Part shown: positions 38,511 through 49,752 of the stretch, in pieces | Numbering within the stretch: the stretch's first letter is position 1 | Layout of the letters: each line of letters begins with the position of its first letter | Source: Pseudovirgaria hyperparasitica | Lineage: Eukaryota | Strand: one strand, 5' to 3' | Length of the DNA: 64,000 nt | Assembly: GCA_010093815.1 (NCBI GenBank) | Contig: ML996578.1 | Made by a program: the position numbers and the translations under genes | Notes under the pieces: model-generated | What the model was told of the DNA's origin: nothing | The model's input: only the letters and a program-made list of their open reading frames with translations | The model's database searches: none

Positions 38511-38823
38511 GCAACAGCAGCACCCCCAACACACACACTCATACCCAGCCTACTCACAGCACCACCTACCCCCAACCCTATCCCCAGCGCCCTACAGCTG
38601 GGCAAACTCAGGCGCTGGAGGCGGCGGAAGTGGTAGTGGTGGAAGCGGAGCAGGAGGAGCAGGAGCAGCAGGAGGAGGAGGTGGTGGAAGTGGAGGAGTC
38701 GGATCCGCGACCATGCCAGCACCACAATATCAATACCCCATCCCATCGCCAAACAGCAACAGCCATTGGGATTCGTCTCCGGGCGCGGAACTCAGGCCGC
38801 AATTTCCTGGGCCTATGGGTTAA
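36073..38823 (+). CDS. Zn(II)2Cys6 transcription factor (Stb5/Ppr1-like) with long polyglutamine tract; 3 exons
   Basis: Introns 36540-36603 and 37209-37262. RVSRPVAACSRCRAAKVKCDGKLPACTACEK...C, ERSYVATLETRV, DIGMHQDP, RRRVYWCVFALDRS. The frame across the N gap is unverified. Confidence 0.9.
38295..38520 (+). repeat. (CAA)n microsatellite encoding polyQ, interrupted by a 25-N assembly gap (38390-38414)
   Basis: About 30 CAA units on each side of the gap; true length unknown. Confidence 0.97.
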
Positions 38824-38903
38824 GTTGGCTGGGAGCTGGGGATGGGAAGGAGGGGAGAGGGGAGAAAGGGGGAAGGGGGTTGGGGAGAAGGAGTTTGTTG
38901 TAA

Positions 38904-38943
38904 GACAGATGACAGATGACAGATGACAGAGATACAGACAGAT
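38904..38943. repeat. 7-bp (GACAGAT)n repeat downstream of the TF
   Basis: gacagatgacagatgacagatgacaga visible, followed by TG-rich tracts. Confidence 0.8.
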
Positions 38944-39297
38944 AGTTTGGGGCGATATATATATATACCATAATGTTTTGTTTTTGTGTGTGTTGTATGT
39001 TGTGTGTGTGTGTGTTGTAATTATGTTGTGTGTCGTGTGCCTCTTTTTATATCTGACGGCGGCCATGTGATCTTTTGCTATTAGCGCGTATACGAGAGAT
39101 ATATACACACACACAAGGATCAAACCCCTTTTATTTGATTTTTGGTGTTATCTTCTTCGGCGGCGAGGCTAGTCCTATGCAACAGCTCTCCCTCTTCTTT
39201 TCTTCTCTGCTTTTCTCTTCTTCTTTTCTTCTCTTCTTCTCTCTTCCCCTCTTTACTCTACTCTTCTCCCCCAACCCGATTCCATAATACCCCCCTT

Positions 39298-39405
39298 CCT
39301 CCATCCTCCATCCTCCGTCCTCCATCCTCCGTCCTCCATCCTCCGTCCTCCATCCTCCGTCCTCCATCCTCCGTCCTCCATCCTCCGTCCTCCATCCTCC
39401 ATCCT
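39298..39405. repeat. Minisatellite (CCTCCAT/CCTCCGT), 14-bp higher-order unit, ~7 copies
   Basis: Directly visible just beyond the VPS9 stop. Confidence 0.92.
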
Positions 39406-39420
39406 CTACCCCCAACCCAG

Positions 39421-42198
39421 CTAGGTATCACTCGTCAACCGCAAACAGGCATCCACCGCAAGCCCCACCCGGCCCTGCTTCTCCCGCACCACATCGTCAA
39501 TGACCTCGCGGTCCAGACTCGGAAACATGCCCGCCAGCGTTTCCACCACCGTCCTGTGCTCCTTGACCTGCAGCTTGCGCGCTTCCTCCGTCTCCGCAGA
39601 CGCCTGGCGTGCTGCTGCGTCTTCGGCGCTCAGGCGCTGCATTTGCTGGGCTTGGCCTCCTGGTGGCTTGTGCTGTTGCTGCTGTTGCTGCTGTTGCTGC
39701 GTCGGTCTTCCTTCCGTTGAGCCCCGCTGCGGGGTATGATGATGTTGTTGTTGTTGTTGCTGTTGTTGCTGTTGTTGCTGTTGTTGCGTCTGTGCAGGGT
39801 TGGGTGAAAGGCGTGCCGGCGTGGCAGGCTGTGGCGTGAGCGCCGGGTGCGGGCTCTGATGCGAAGTCGAGGGGGGTGTATCGTCGCCGAAGATGCGCCC
39901 GATTGTGCTGAGCGGGCTGCGAATTGTTCGAAGTAGACCAGAAACCGCATCCGCCTCGTCGTCTCCACTGCCGCTCTCCTTCTCGTTTGGCCTCGTCGCT
40001 GGTGCCTGGCTTAGCTGTGCAGCGGCTTGCCCTTGGCCGCGCGTGCTCGCTCTCCTGCGCGACGGGGGCACCTGCTCGGCGTCCAAGCTGTTTCTGGGCG
40101 TGACTTCGGCACGAGCTAGCGCGCTTTTCTCGGGGAGGTGCATGTGCGGGCTGGGACGGCGCTGGTGACCGGGGCCGCCGCGCTGGGAGCCGGTGGATGA
40201 GGAGCTCGGCGCTCGAGTGGGCTCACTGGCGGACTCCTCGGAGGCACGGTGGCGCTCAGCAATGGCGGAGACAGCCGCTTCGACATTTGCTTCGAAGTCG
40301 GCGTCGGAGATGGTGAGGGATGTGCGGTCGAGGTTTTCAATGAATTGGACGGCGCCCATCTACATACAAGGCGTTGGTGAGTTATAGTGAACAGGACAAA
40401 CGGGTTTTGGGAGACATTACAAGGGAAGACATATAATAGCCCGCTTCACCGTTGAGCTTGTCCTGGTTTCGGAAGCGGAGGATATATTGGACGTTCGAAA
40501 CAAGATGTTCTGGATTAGCTTGGAGGACGGTGTAGATGAGCAGAGGAACAAAGGAGTCCGCCGATGTGTCGGTTTGCTGGTTTCTGAGAAATCCTACGAC
40601 TCTATTAGTGGCAATAGATGATGTTCAACGGTACACCTTACCAAAGATCACTTTACAGCAGTTCAGGACGCAGATCACTTTATCGCGCGGCGCCCGGTAA
40701 CTCCTTATTTTGAGCAGCTCTTGTGCAGTGGTCAGCAACGGACAGACTATGCAAGATTCAAGCTCGTACCTTGTTGGGCTAGCTGAAGGAATTTCCGGCC
40801 TTTCTCTCCAATCGTGGGAATGTCTAAATGCTCCTCGTTCACCCATTGGTATATGCGTACTTTCTGTGACAGGACCTCGTCCCTTTCTACATCTTCCTGG
40901 TGCTGACCCTTCCGTCCTGGTGCTTCGGAATTCTGTGTGGCTCGCCGCCGACCGTTCAAGGACGGTTCGGGTGGTGGTATTGCCGGCGAGAAAGTCTGAG
41001 TGTACAGTCTGTTCATGACGAGCTTTTCCATACCCTCCTTTGCGTTCTCGAATTCAGCATCTGATACCACTCTCCACACTTCACACTGCGCCATCTTCTT
41101 GCTTATGAACTCCAAAAAGTCGCTAATGATCTTGACTTGTTCGTGTACCATCCATTGCTTCTTCCCGAATTCTAAAAGAAACGAACGCAGGAATCTGGCA
41201 ACGGGATCTGCGGTACGATGTCGGAGTTGTTCGAGAAACCTGTGGAAGTCGAAGGGTAGATCTGGTTCTGGGTCAGGGGGAGGAGGCTTGAAAACGGGAT
41301 TTTGCGAATTAGAAGATACTGCAGGGTCAGACGCTTGTGTGTTTTCCTTCGATAAGGGGGTTAGGGTCAGAGATGACGACCTAGGGGGTGGTGACTGTAA
41401 GGGTTCTGTCCCGGACACATTCTTGTCGCGGAGGTGAGCTAGGGCTTCGCTTTGCAAAGGCTCGAGGCTAGATTTCCGGGGAGGATTTGACACTGGCGAG
41501 CCAAAGTTGGGGCCAGCCGCAAGTCGAGGTGACATTATTTCTTCTACGCCAGGGCCATTCATTCCCTCGCCAAACTGGTCCATTATGCTCTGTATCTCCG
41601 ACTTTGAATCGTCTTGCTCCGCTTCGTCCTTCTCTTGGTGTCCCAGCTCGTCATTTTCGTCTCCTCGCGCAACACCCTTGCCGTGGGTATCTAGTGGAGA
41701 GGTTTTGGAAGGGGATGCGCTTCGATCACGGTATTTTTCGTCCTTGGGGGGAGGCGGTGGTGGAGAAGGTGATGCTACGGGGGGCTTCACATCTTGAGCA
41801 ATGCCATCACTTGAGGGCTCTACACTCGCGGACGCATCCTTGGGTCGAAAGACCAAAGTCATCTGCTGCGGCCTCGTGCCTTGCGTATTCTGACTGACAT
41901 TTCCAGCCATGTCTGTGGACGCCTTCTCCTCATTGCTCAAGACTTCTTGAACTTCTACGGCAGCATCCGAGGCTCCTTCTTGCAGCTTTCTATCAGGAGT
42001 AGTGACATCATTGTGTGTCTCGTGCTCTGTGTGGTCGAGACGGCCGTGTGTCTCTTGGGCCGTGTCGCCGCTTGTTGAAGACACTGGAGGTGGAACAGGA
42101 TTGGTATCGTCTTTGATGGCTGTGTCCCTGTCTTTGGACGGAGTAGACAGCTTCTGACCCTCAGGGGATGTACTAGCTGGAGGGGGAGACGAAGACAT
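39421..42198 (-). CDS. VPS9: Vps9 Rab5-family GEF with C-terminal CUE domain; 4 exons
   Basis: Introns 40720-40769, 40594-40641 and 40360-40420. FDFHRFLEQLR, EGMEKLVMNRLY, YRAPRDKVICVLNCCK, SADSFVPLLIY, GEAGYY and CUE motif LAGMFPSLD..VI. Confidence 0.96.
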
Positions 42199-43083
42199 AG
42201 GCGGTGGACATGGGGAATCTGGATAGACGTCAAGAGCTGGGCGATGTTGAACTCAGGTAAATGGCAAGCGAAGAGTGTGATTGAAGCAGAGGATCACGAC
42301 GGTATAGCAGGCCAGTTGATAAGAAAGAATCGCAGCGCAGAGTGAGGATTGTTGTGAGAGGAAGCTCACGACCGACAAATGTTGAAGCATTGCACTGCAG
42401 CATAGAAGCAGGTTCCCCACTTGTTTTGTGCTCACGGGTCTCAAAGCCACGCCACGAGTTCACGAGCGAGCATGGAAGTGATATTACTCTACACCACGCC
42501 AAGCTGACACGTATCTCTCTGAGATAGGACATTCGATTGATCATCTCTAGTATCAGGTTCAATCAGCTCGATACTAGGCATTGTGATTTGTATAGATCAG
42601 CATAAAACAGACTATAAGTTGTACCGCCACTTTGCTGCCTCAGGACTTCTACAGGGATCCGTGGGTGACAGGCCGAGGTCGGTGCAAAGCTACCGTATTT
42701 CTAGGCATAGGTGCGTAAATTCTGAACCGTCTCCCATCCATGCTAATCGTCCACTGTCACTTTAGCATCAATAAACATAGGAAATCGTGACGACGACAGA
42801 AAGAAGTAGCCGTTACACAGCCCTGGCTCTCAGAATCAATAGTGTTAATCACGATTCAGAAAGAGTGTTAAGACGGAGCGAATATATCAGGTGTATTGCT
42901 AGTCATCAATAAACTAGATACGAGATGTGTTCTTCTTCTTGATATACAATACATTTTCCTCCAACGCCGTTTCCGATGGTACGGTATCCTGTGGTATATA
43001 GATAGAAGCAAGATTCTAATGATAAATGGGCATCATGTATCCAAATCTCCAAAACATAGCAAAACAGCCGATTTTGATGACCT

Positions 43084-44880
43084 TCAGACTTGGTCGGCAG
43101 ATCTCTCATTAGCCAGCTGGTTGAGCCTTTGCTGGACGTAACTGTGTTGCCTGGAACCCATCTCCTGTCTTTTCTCAGAGCCAGTGGCCTGTGCGGCACC
43201 CTGACCCGCGAAGCTGGCCGAACGAGATGCGTGGCGCGAGCCATGGCGAGAGGTGTATCCATAGACGTTGGAGCCACGGCGAGAGCTTGTGTCTTTGGCT
43301 TGGGATGCCAGCTTCTGGGCAAAGGGCGAGCGCTTGCGGAGCACGGGTCCCTTCCAGTAGATGACGTACACGGCGACGACGAGGAGCGCAGAGATAGCAC
43401 AGAGGATGGTCGAGGCGTATGCAAGATGGTATCGGCCACCGATATTCTGGTAGAATGGAGTGGCAGGAATGGTGAGCACACCAGCGAGGAAGTCACGCGA
43501 CCAGCCATTTCCACCAGTGGCAGATGCCGAGTATGGACCGTATGCGCAGATCATGTAGTCGATGGTAGCCATGTAAATCGAGTAGTTTGCAATTCCGATG
43601 ATAGCTGTGAAGATGGTAGGAGCAATCCAGTGAATCGGAGGACCAGTGGCTGTCCATGCGAAACCGATCAGACCGATGGGAAGACAGGGAGCAGTCCATA
43701 AGAGGAACCACAGGCGGGACTCGTATTGCGCTTGCTCGTCGTCGGGTTTGCGAGCGCGCTCTTTGATATTACGTTTGATGGCAGGAATAAAGGCTAGCCA
43801 AGCAAAGAGATAGCCTACGCCGTAGCCAACAAAGGTGAGACCGACTTGCGAAGGAGTAAAGTCGTACTGGGCGTAGACGAGGCCTTGAGCCTGGATGTTC
43901 ATAAAGATGAGAGCGTCAGAGAAGCCAGACAAGAGCGACAGAGTCAAGACGATGGGCTCGGTCAAGAACATCTTGAAGGGACGAATCCAGGTAACGGCAA
44001 TCTCCTTGGCCGAGAAACGATCTTTCCACGGGATGAGCTCGTTTGGGCCGTACACGTTGGGATCCTGGCCAGTCTTGCGCATCTTCTTTGCAATCTTGTC
44101 CATCATGATGGTAGTCCTGGTCTCGGGGACGGCGATGAGATGGAGGATTTGAACGAAGCCGCCGAAGATGAGCTGAATCCAGATGGTCCAGCGCCAATCG
44201 GCCACATACTGCTCAACGAAACCACCGACAATGGGCCCAAGAATGGAGCCACCGACGGAGGAGAAGACAATGTATGCGACGGCGTACTGTTGATGCTCCG
44301 AGTCAAACATGTCGGCAATCATGCCCAGGGTGACGGAACCACCGGCAGAGCTGAGACCACCAAGCGCACGACCGACAAGTAGAGTGGCAAAATTGGGGGC
44401 CAGCGCAACAGGAATACACCAGATGTTGACGAGGAACAGAGAGAGCTGGAGAATTGGCTTCCGACCGAGTTCCTCACTCCAGGGAGCCCAGAGCTCGCAG
44501 CCAAAAGCATAGGTAACCAAGAAGATCATAGCACCAGTACGAGCACCCTGGGCGCTGACGCCAAACTCCTCTTCAATGCCTCCCAAACCATTGGAGTACA
44601 GGGAGGTGTTGAAGTTCATGGAGGTCTGGACGACGAAGATGACGGTCAAGATGGTCCATTTCTTCCATTCGGGAAAGTCGAAGCCGAGTTTTCCGGCGCA
44701 CTCATCTTCGGTGATTTCTCTGTTTCCAGCAACCAGATCGGTTTTTGGGACTTGTTCTTTCAAGACCTGCTGGGCAGGTTGGCTGGGAGGAGTGATGTCA
44801 GACTTCTTCTCATTGTGGTCGGAATGACTGTCAGGCGAAGAGGACGTAGGGCCTTGGAAGTGCGCATGTGTGTGAGACAT
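43084..44880 (-). CDS. MFS transporter, DHA1 (drug:H+ antiporter 1/polyamine-transporter-like) family
   Basis: Single-exon ORF from ATG 44880. FPEWKKWTIL, WAPWSEELGRK, GRALGG, GPIVGGF, PET, RPFKMFLTEPIV; about 12 hydrophobic segments. Confidence 0.93.
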   Translation of the reverse strand: MSHTHAHFQGPTSSSPDSHSDHNEKKSDITPPSQPAQQVLKEQVPKTDLVAGNREITEDECAGKLGFDFPEWKKWTILTVIFVVQTSMNFNTSLYSNGLGGIEEEFGVSAQGARTGAMIFLVTYAFGCELWAPWSEELGRKPILQLSLFLVNIWCIPVALAPNFATLLVGRALGGLSSAGGSVTLGMIADMFDSEHQQYAVAYIVFSSVGGSILGPIVGGFVEQYVADWRWTIWIQLIFGGFVQILHLIAVPETRTTIMMDKIAKKMRKTGQDPNVYGPNELIPWKDRFSAKEIAVTWIRPFKMFLTEPIVLTLSLLSGFSDALIFMNIQAQGLVYAQYDFTPSQVGLTFVGYGVGYLFAWLAFIPAIKRNIKERARKPDDEQAQYESRLWFLLWTAPCLPIGLIGFAWTATGPPIHWIAPTIFTAIIGIANYSIYMATIDYMICAYGPYSASATGGNGWSRDFLAGVLTIPATPFYQNIGGRYHLAYASTILCAISALLVVAVYVIYWKGPVLRKRSPFAQKLASQAKDTSSRRGSNVYGYTSRHGSRHASRSASFAGQGAAQATGSEKRQEMGSRQHSYVQQRLNQLANERSADQV

Positions 44881-45146
44881 GACGGTAGATGGACAATGAG
44901 GCTTATACAAACACCACACTGTCTACCGGGGGGTACAAGGGAGTCGAGAAGAAGAAGGGGGGGGAAGAGGTTGGACGAAAGGCAGACAGAAGTGCGGAGA
45001 GGCACGGGGGAATCGGGCAATACTTAAATAGAATGGAGGTACACGGGCATGATGCAACAGAGGAGGGAGGGGGAGGGAGGCGGAAGTGGAGGAAGAGGAG
45101 GTGAGTGGTTGGGGCGAAGTTTGAGTAAGTGAGTAAGTGTGTTATG

Positions 45147-45175
45147 GGTGTGAGTGTGTGTGTGTGTGTGTGTGT
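45147..45175. repeat. (TG)n dinucleotide microsatellite
   Basis: Visible run upstream of the MFS gene. Confidence 0.9.
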
Positions 45176-48100
45176 ATACTAGCTAGCGTGTTGTTGTGTG
45201 CAGGTGAGGGCGGAAGGAAGGAGCGATGACATAGTGGACGGGTGCGGTGCTGCATCAGCGCGGACGGGACCCACGTTTTGGTAATAATTGGTCGAGTTTT
45301 CGGTCTCCAGGCGTCGCTCTCCCATACAGTTTCGGTGTTCAGTCTACAGTCAGGCCACAGCTGCACGCTCCGGCCCGGGTAAGTATTAATTAGGCACGAT
45401 CATGCTAGTGGCGATGATACAGATGAGGATGGATAGGTATTGGGGATGATGCAAGTTGAGGATGTGGAGATGGTGGAGGTGGAGAAGTTAAGCCGGCGAT
45501 TGAATGCTGCGCCGTGCCATCCATCCCTGATTCAGCCCCCCCTCCCCCAAAAAAAAGTATTCAGCACTCAGCACTCAAAAGACAGACAGAGAGGCAGCAT
45601 GTATTGCAGATTTTCATATTGCAAGCTGACATGGCAGCGGCCGGTACCCCAAACTGTTCGGGTTGCATGAGCCAAAAAGCGACATATGCTAGGCTGGGGT
45701 GCATATATTCACGCAGATATTCACGCATCTCCAGTCATAGGATGGTTGGTCGACTCCTCATTGTTCCAGACATTTCATCGACAAGACGTCTCGTAGAATT
45801 AGAATGGAATCATGAAACAAACAACATGTCACCAAAGTGATACTTCAAGTATAAATAGTAGATGGTCATTAGCTAATATCAAGACACGAGCAAGCCAAAA
45901 AGGGAAAGAGAAGGAGCGAAACAAAGTGAAGAAAAATGTGTAAAGGTCGCATGCCGGACGGAAGTAGCGTGTTAGTGTTGTTTATTGTGCACGGACCACT
46001 CTCCCATCCATCCTTCCTTCCTTTCTGCCCCATTACGTCAATCATCCCTCTCCTGCCGTCTCTCACCCAGCGTTCTTTCCTCTTTCCTCTTTTCTCTTTC
46101 CTGTTTCCCTGTTTTTTTCCTGTTTCCTCTTTTCTCCCCAATCGCGATCGCCCGAAGCCGCCCGCGTCACATGACCAGCCTGACTCCACTTGTCCGACTT
46201 ACCACCTTTAGCTCCCGTCCGATCTTCAGCCATCGTCAACTTCCCCAACCCACTGCATCATCATCACAACAAACGACGCATTCAATCTACACACTCGTAC
46301 TACCACTATACGCTTCCTTGGATCGCTCATAGCCTGCAGCCATTTAATTATGTCGGCTGTTCTGATGCGCGACTTTGAAGCACCACTCAATCAGCCGTTA
46401 GCGAACCACCATGTCGTCTCAACCGCATGCATCCATCCATCCATTCGCCTTACACGACGACGCCAAAGACCTCAACACGCTGGCTTTCTTCTATATTCCC
46501 GCACTACTCAACAGACTCTCTCGCAACACACTTCTTCTTCCCTGCACCCTGCCAGCGCTGTCTGCAGGCTTCAAATAACTATGATAGAAGACAGAATACA
46601 GAAAAGCCAACGTCAACACAAGCTCCACAAGCTCCACACTTCTCCCCCTGTAAATGTCACTCCCAACCTCCGTTGCCCAGCATGCAGCACCCCGACCATT
46701 CAACGGCCGCTACTCACGCTAAATCGCGCGAAATAAAAAAGAAGTAACATGGCGGATCGCTGTTCAGGCTCGAGTTTTGCTGTCCGGTCTCCACCTCCAA
46801 CTGTATACTACAGTTAGTACTGATTGATCAGGTGCCGGCCAGCCACCAACGTGCGCCTGCTCATGTCTGCCAAGCCGCCGAGTCCTGTCGTGACTGATAT
46901 TCCGTGCATGACAAGACTGCTTCTATACAGCTAGCTATGGCTATATCTTGCATTCCACTGAATACGAACTCGACGTCTTCTATCGTATCTTAGTATCATC
47001 TATCATCTACACCACCATTACCATTATCGTCGCAGTCCGACATCCACTCGAGTAATCCATGATCCCTCGTCGAAAAGTACATATATCGCACTCTCCAAGA
47101 TCTAGAACCTAGAACCTGCTCATCTTTGACCTCTCCACAGCTACTGCTGCTGCCACAGCACTGACTGTCTGAAACACCTACTATGATACATACTCCCAAT
47201 GCATCCCCCCGGTCCCTGATCCCTACACATACACAGACGATCCTCCTCCCACCTGAAACGAAACATGACATTTTTTTCTTTCTTTTTTTCTTCTTGTTCT
47301 TCTTTCTTCTATACATACATACTTGCATACACTAAACTCCACTCCACTCCACTCCACTCCATAGACGACGACTTTAGACTACCCCACCTCGTAGAAACCA
47401 GAAGAACCTACAGCGAAGAATTCGAATGTACGTACTACTGTAGTGGTTACTATATGTACATTACTAACAATGCTCCCGGAGATGAGGATGAGTCTGCTCA
47501 GCAGCCTAGGTAAATTACAATTATAGTATCGAATTTAAAAATATCTCGGTACGGGAGATAGACTATTGTTGTCGCTAGCTAGCCTATGCCTGGTGTAGTG
47601 TGGCTGGCAGGTCTAAGGGCTACCAGTTACCTAGGTCCATCCATCCCCGAGCGACTCCCGAGGCCCGGTCGGACTCCCGAGGTCGCTCCGTTGCTTGGAT
47701 CCTTGACTGGATGGCTTGAGGTGGTGGTGGATCATTAGGGCCCGGGCACCTTCTAGTAATTATAGTAGGACACTTGTCCGGAGTTCAACCGGCTGTTCAT
47801 TCAACTCCGGAGCTTGGGGAGTAATTATGTACTGTTGATGTCCCCTACCTAGGTAGGTAATTAGACTAATAATGTGCCTGGTACTACGTATCGGATGTAA
47901 TTTAATTAATTAATTAGGTAGTTCTAATCTATTACCGCAGCTAACTCCGTTTCTTGTCGCTACGGCTTCTTTAATCTTCGTTAGACTTGAGGTGTCTTTG
48001 TTTCTAGTAGGATGCGTCTTGCTACGACTTGATCTTATCATGGACTTTTAAAAGGCAGAGATGCTCGTGTACGAGTTCTCGTTTCTGCCTGGCTTCGACT

Positions 48101-48589
48101 TGACTCGTGCCTGACTTTCCGCCTAACTTCGACCTGAATCCAGGCAAATATCGCTCATTACGTGAATATACTCACGTGTATACATACACCCATACAACGT
48201 TCTCTAATCACTCTTGATGCTACTTACTAATTACTATATTCGACACTCCAACTTACTCATTCACTCTCGCGTCGTAGGTCAGAAATGAAGGCCTTTCAAC
48301 TTCAGTCCAGCTAGAAGTGCAGGCTTAGATCCGACCGTTTGATAACTCATTCTATATCGCCCTCTGTCACGCTTTTCATAGAGCGAAAGAGTCATTTGGT
48401 TCTTGACTTGTGTGTGACTTTATGTGTTATGTGTTATGTGTTGTTGTCGCTTCCTACCTATTAGGTAGTCTAGTGCTGGTATACCCGTCGTGTGATGCCT
48501 TAAGTAGACGAGTATCATGTCAAAGTCATCGACGTGGTCTGGCGTAGTGTGGAAAGAGGTAGGGAGTATCCATCTGTTGTTGTTGATGG

Positions 48590-48700
48590 TTGTTGCTCCT
48601 TCCTTGTTGTTCCTTCCTTGTTGTTCCTTCCTTGTTGTTCCTTCCTTGTTGCTCCTTCCTTGTTGTTCCTTCCTTGTTGTTCCTTCCCTGTTGTTCCCTG
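48590..48700. repeat. 14-bp minisatellite (TCCTTCCTTGTTGT)n, ~7-8 copies
   Basis: Directly visible tandem array. Confidence 0.92.
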
Positions 48701-49121
48701 GTGGCTCGCTACTTCGACCTTGCGCACAAGTCAACCAAGACACAAGAACTCCAACAATATTGATTTATTTTCTTGTCCAATTCTTTTTTTTTTCTCCCTT
48801 TCTTTCTATAGTATTTAATTCATTTTTGGGGGTCTATCTTTTTTCGAGTCGCCATTTTTTGCTGCATTACTACCATTCTTTCTCATTCGTTCTCATTCTT
48901 TCTCAACACATACCCACACTCGCGTTTGCAACCTGGTGACGACGGTCATACCTCTCGTGGAGACGGGATCTGGGATACCGCGAGGTGACGTGCCTCGGGA
49001 GAGTTCTTGAGATCGGTTGTATACGTATAGAGTAAAGTCTTGCTGACGAGATCCATCATATACTCAGTCACCTGCCTGTCGACCACAAAACCACTCCCCC
49101 CGATTCCATCTCCTCCAGACC

Positions 49122-49547
49122 ATGGAGTCCGACTCCGGCTCTGACCTCGGCGACAACACACCAAACGCCGCACGCTGGTTCCTCCTCCGCACGCCGACCG
49201 TCCCCTCGATCCCAGACGAAGCGTGTAACATCTGCCTTCGCCCCTTCGACCCCACAAACGCCGCCCACGAACGGCCCGTCGTGACGGCGTGCGGCCACAG
49301 ATTCGGCAGGGACTGTCTGGCTGTCTGGCTGTCCACGCCCTGTCCTGGGTCTGCGTCTGAGAAGCGCTTCTCGGACTCGTGCCCGTGCTGTCGCGCCGTG
49401 CTCTTTGCCCAGAACGACGCCTTCTCCCTGCTTTCGCCGCCGCCGTCGTGGCATGTCAGGTTCATTATCGAGCAAGCGCTACGGGATTTTGAGGAGGTTG
49501 AGGCGAGATTGGTGGAGATGGTGATGCGGGGGGGTCATCATGTTTAG
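49122..49547 (+). CDS. Small RING-finger protein
   Basis: CNIC...ACGHRFGRDC..W...CPCCR; 141-aa ORF with ATG in good context. Confidence 0.78.
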   Translation: MESDSGSDLGDNTPNAARWFLLRTPTVPSIPDEACNICLRPFDPTNAAHERPVVTACGHRFGRDCLAVWLSTPCPGSASEKRFSDSCPCCRAVLFAQNDAFSLLSPPPSWHVRFIIEQALRDFEEVEARLVEMVMRGGHHV

Positions 49548-49752
49548 CAGGCTGACGGGTTTGTTAATTTTCAATGATCGATTTGAGGTGTTAGGAGGAT
49601 GCTTGGTGATTGTCTGCTTGACGATCGTCTGCTGTCCGGGAAGGTCGATGGAATGCAAGGTGTTTGGGTCTTACTTTTTGCTTTAAACTTCTTCCAGGCG
49701 AAGACTGCATGGCCTACGTAGCGGAGTGTGGTATATTACTGTCTCAACTCAT

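Noticed and set aside
37440..38926. Long alternative-frame ORFs with poly-T, poly-N, poly-V, poly-C and poly-L
   Set aside because: These are other frames and strands of the CAA repeat and the C-rich TF exon, not separate genes.
39298..48700. 14-bp tandem arrays (39298-39405, 48590-48700) as CRISPR-like repeats
   Set aside because: No unique spacers and no cas genes in a eukaryotic context; they are simple minisatellites.
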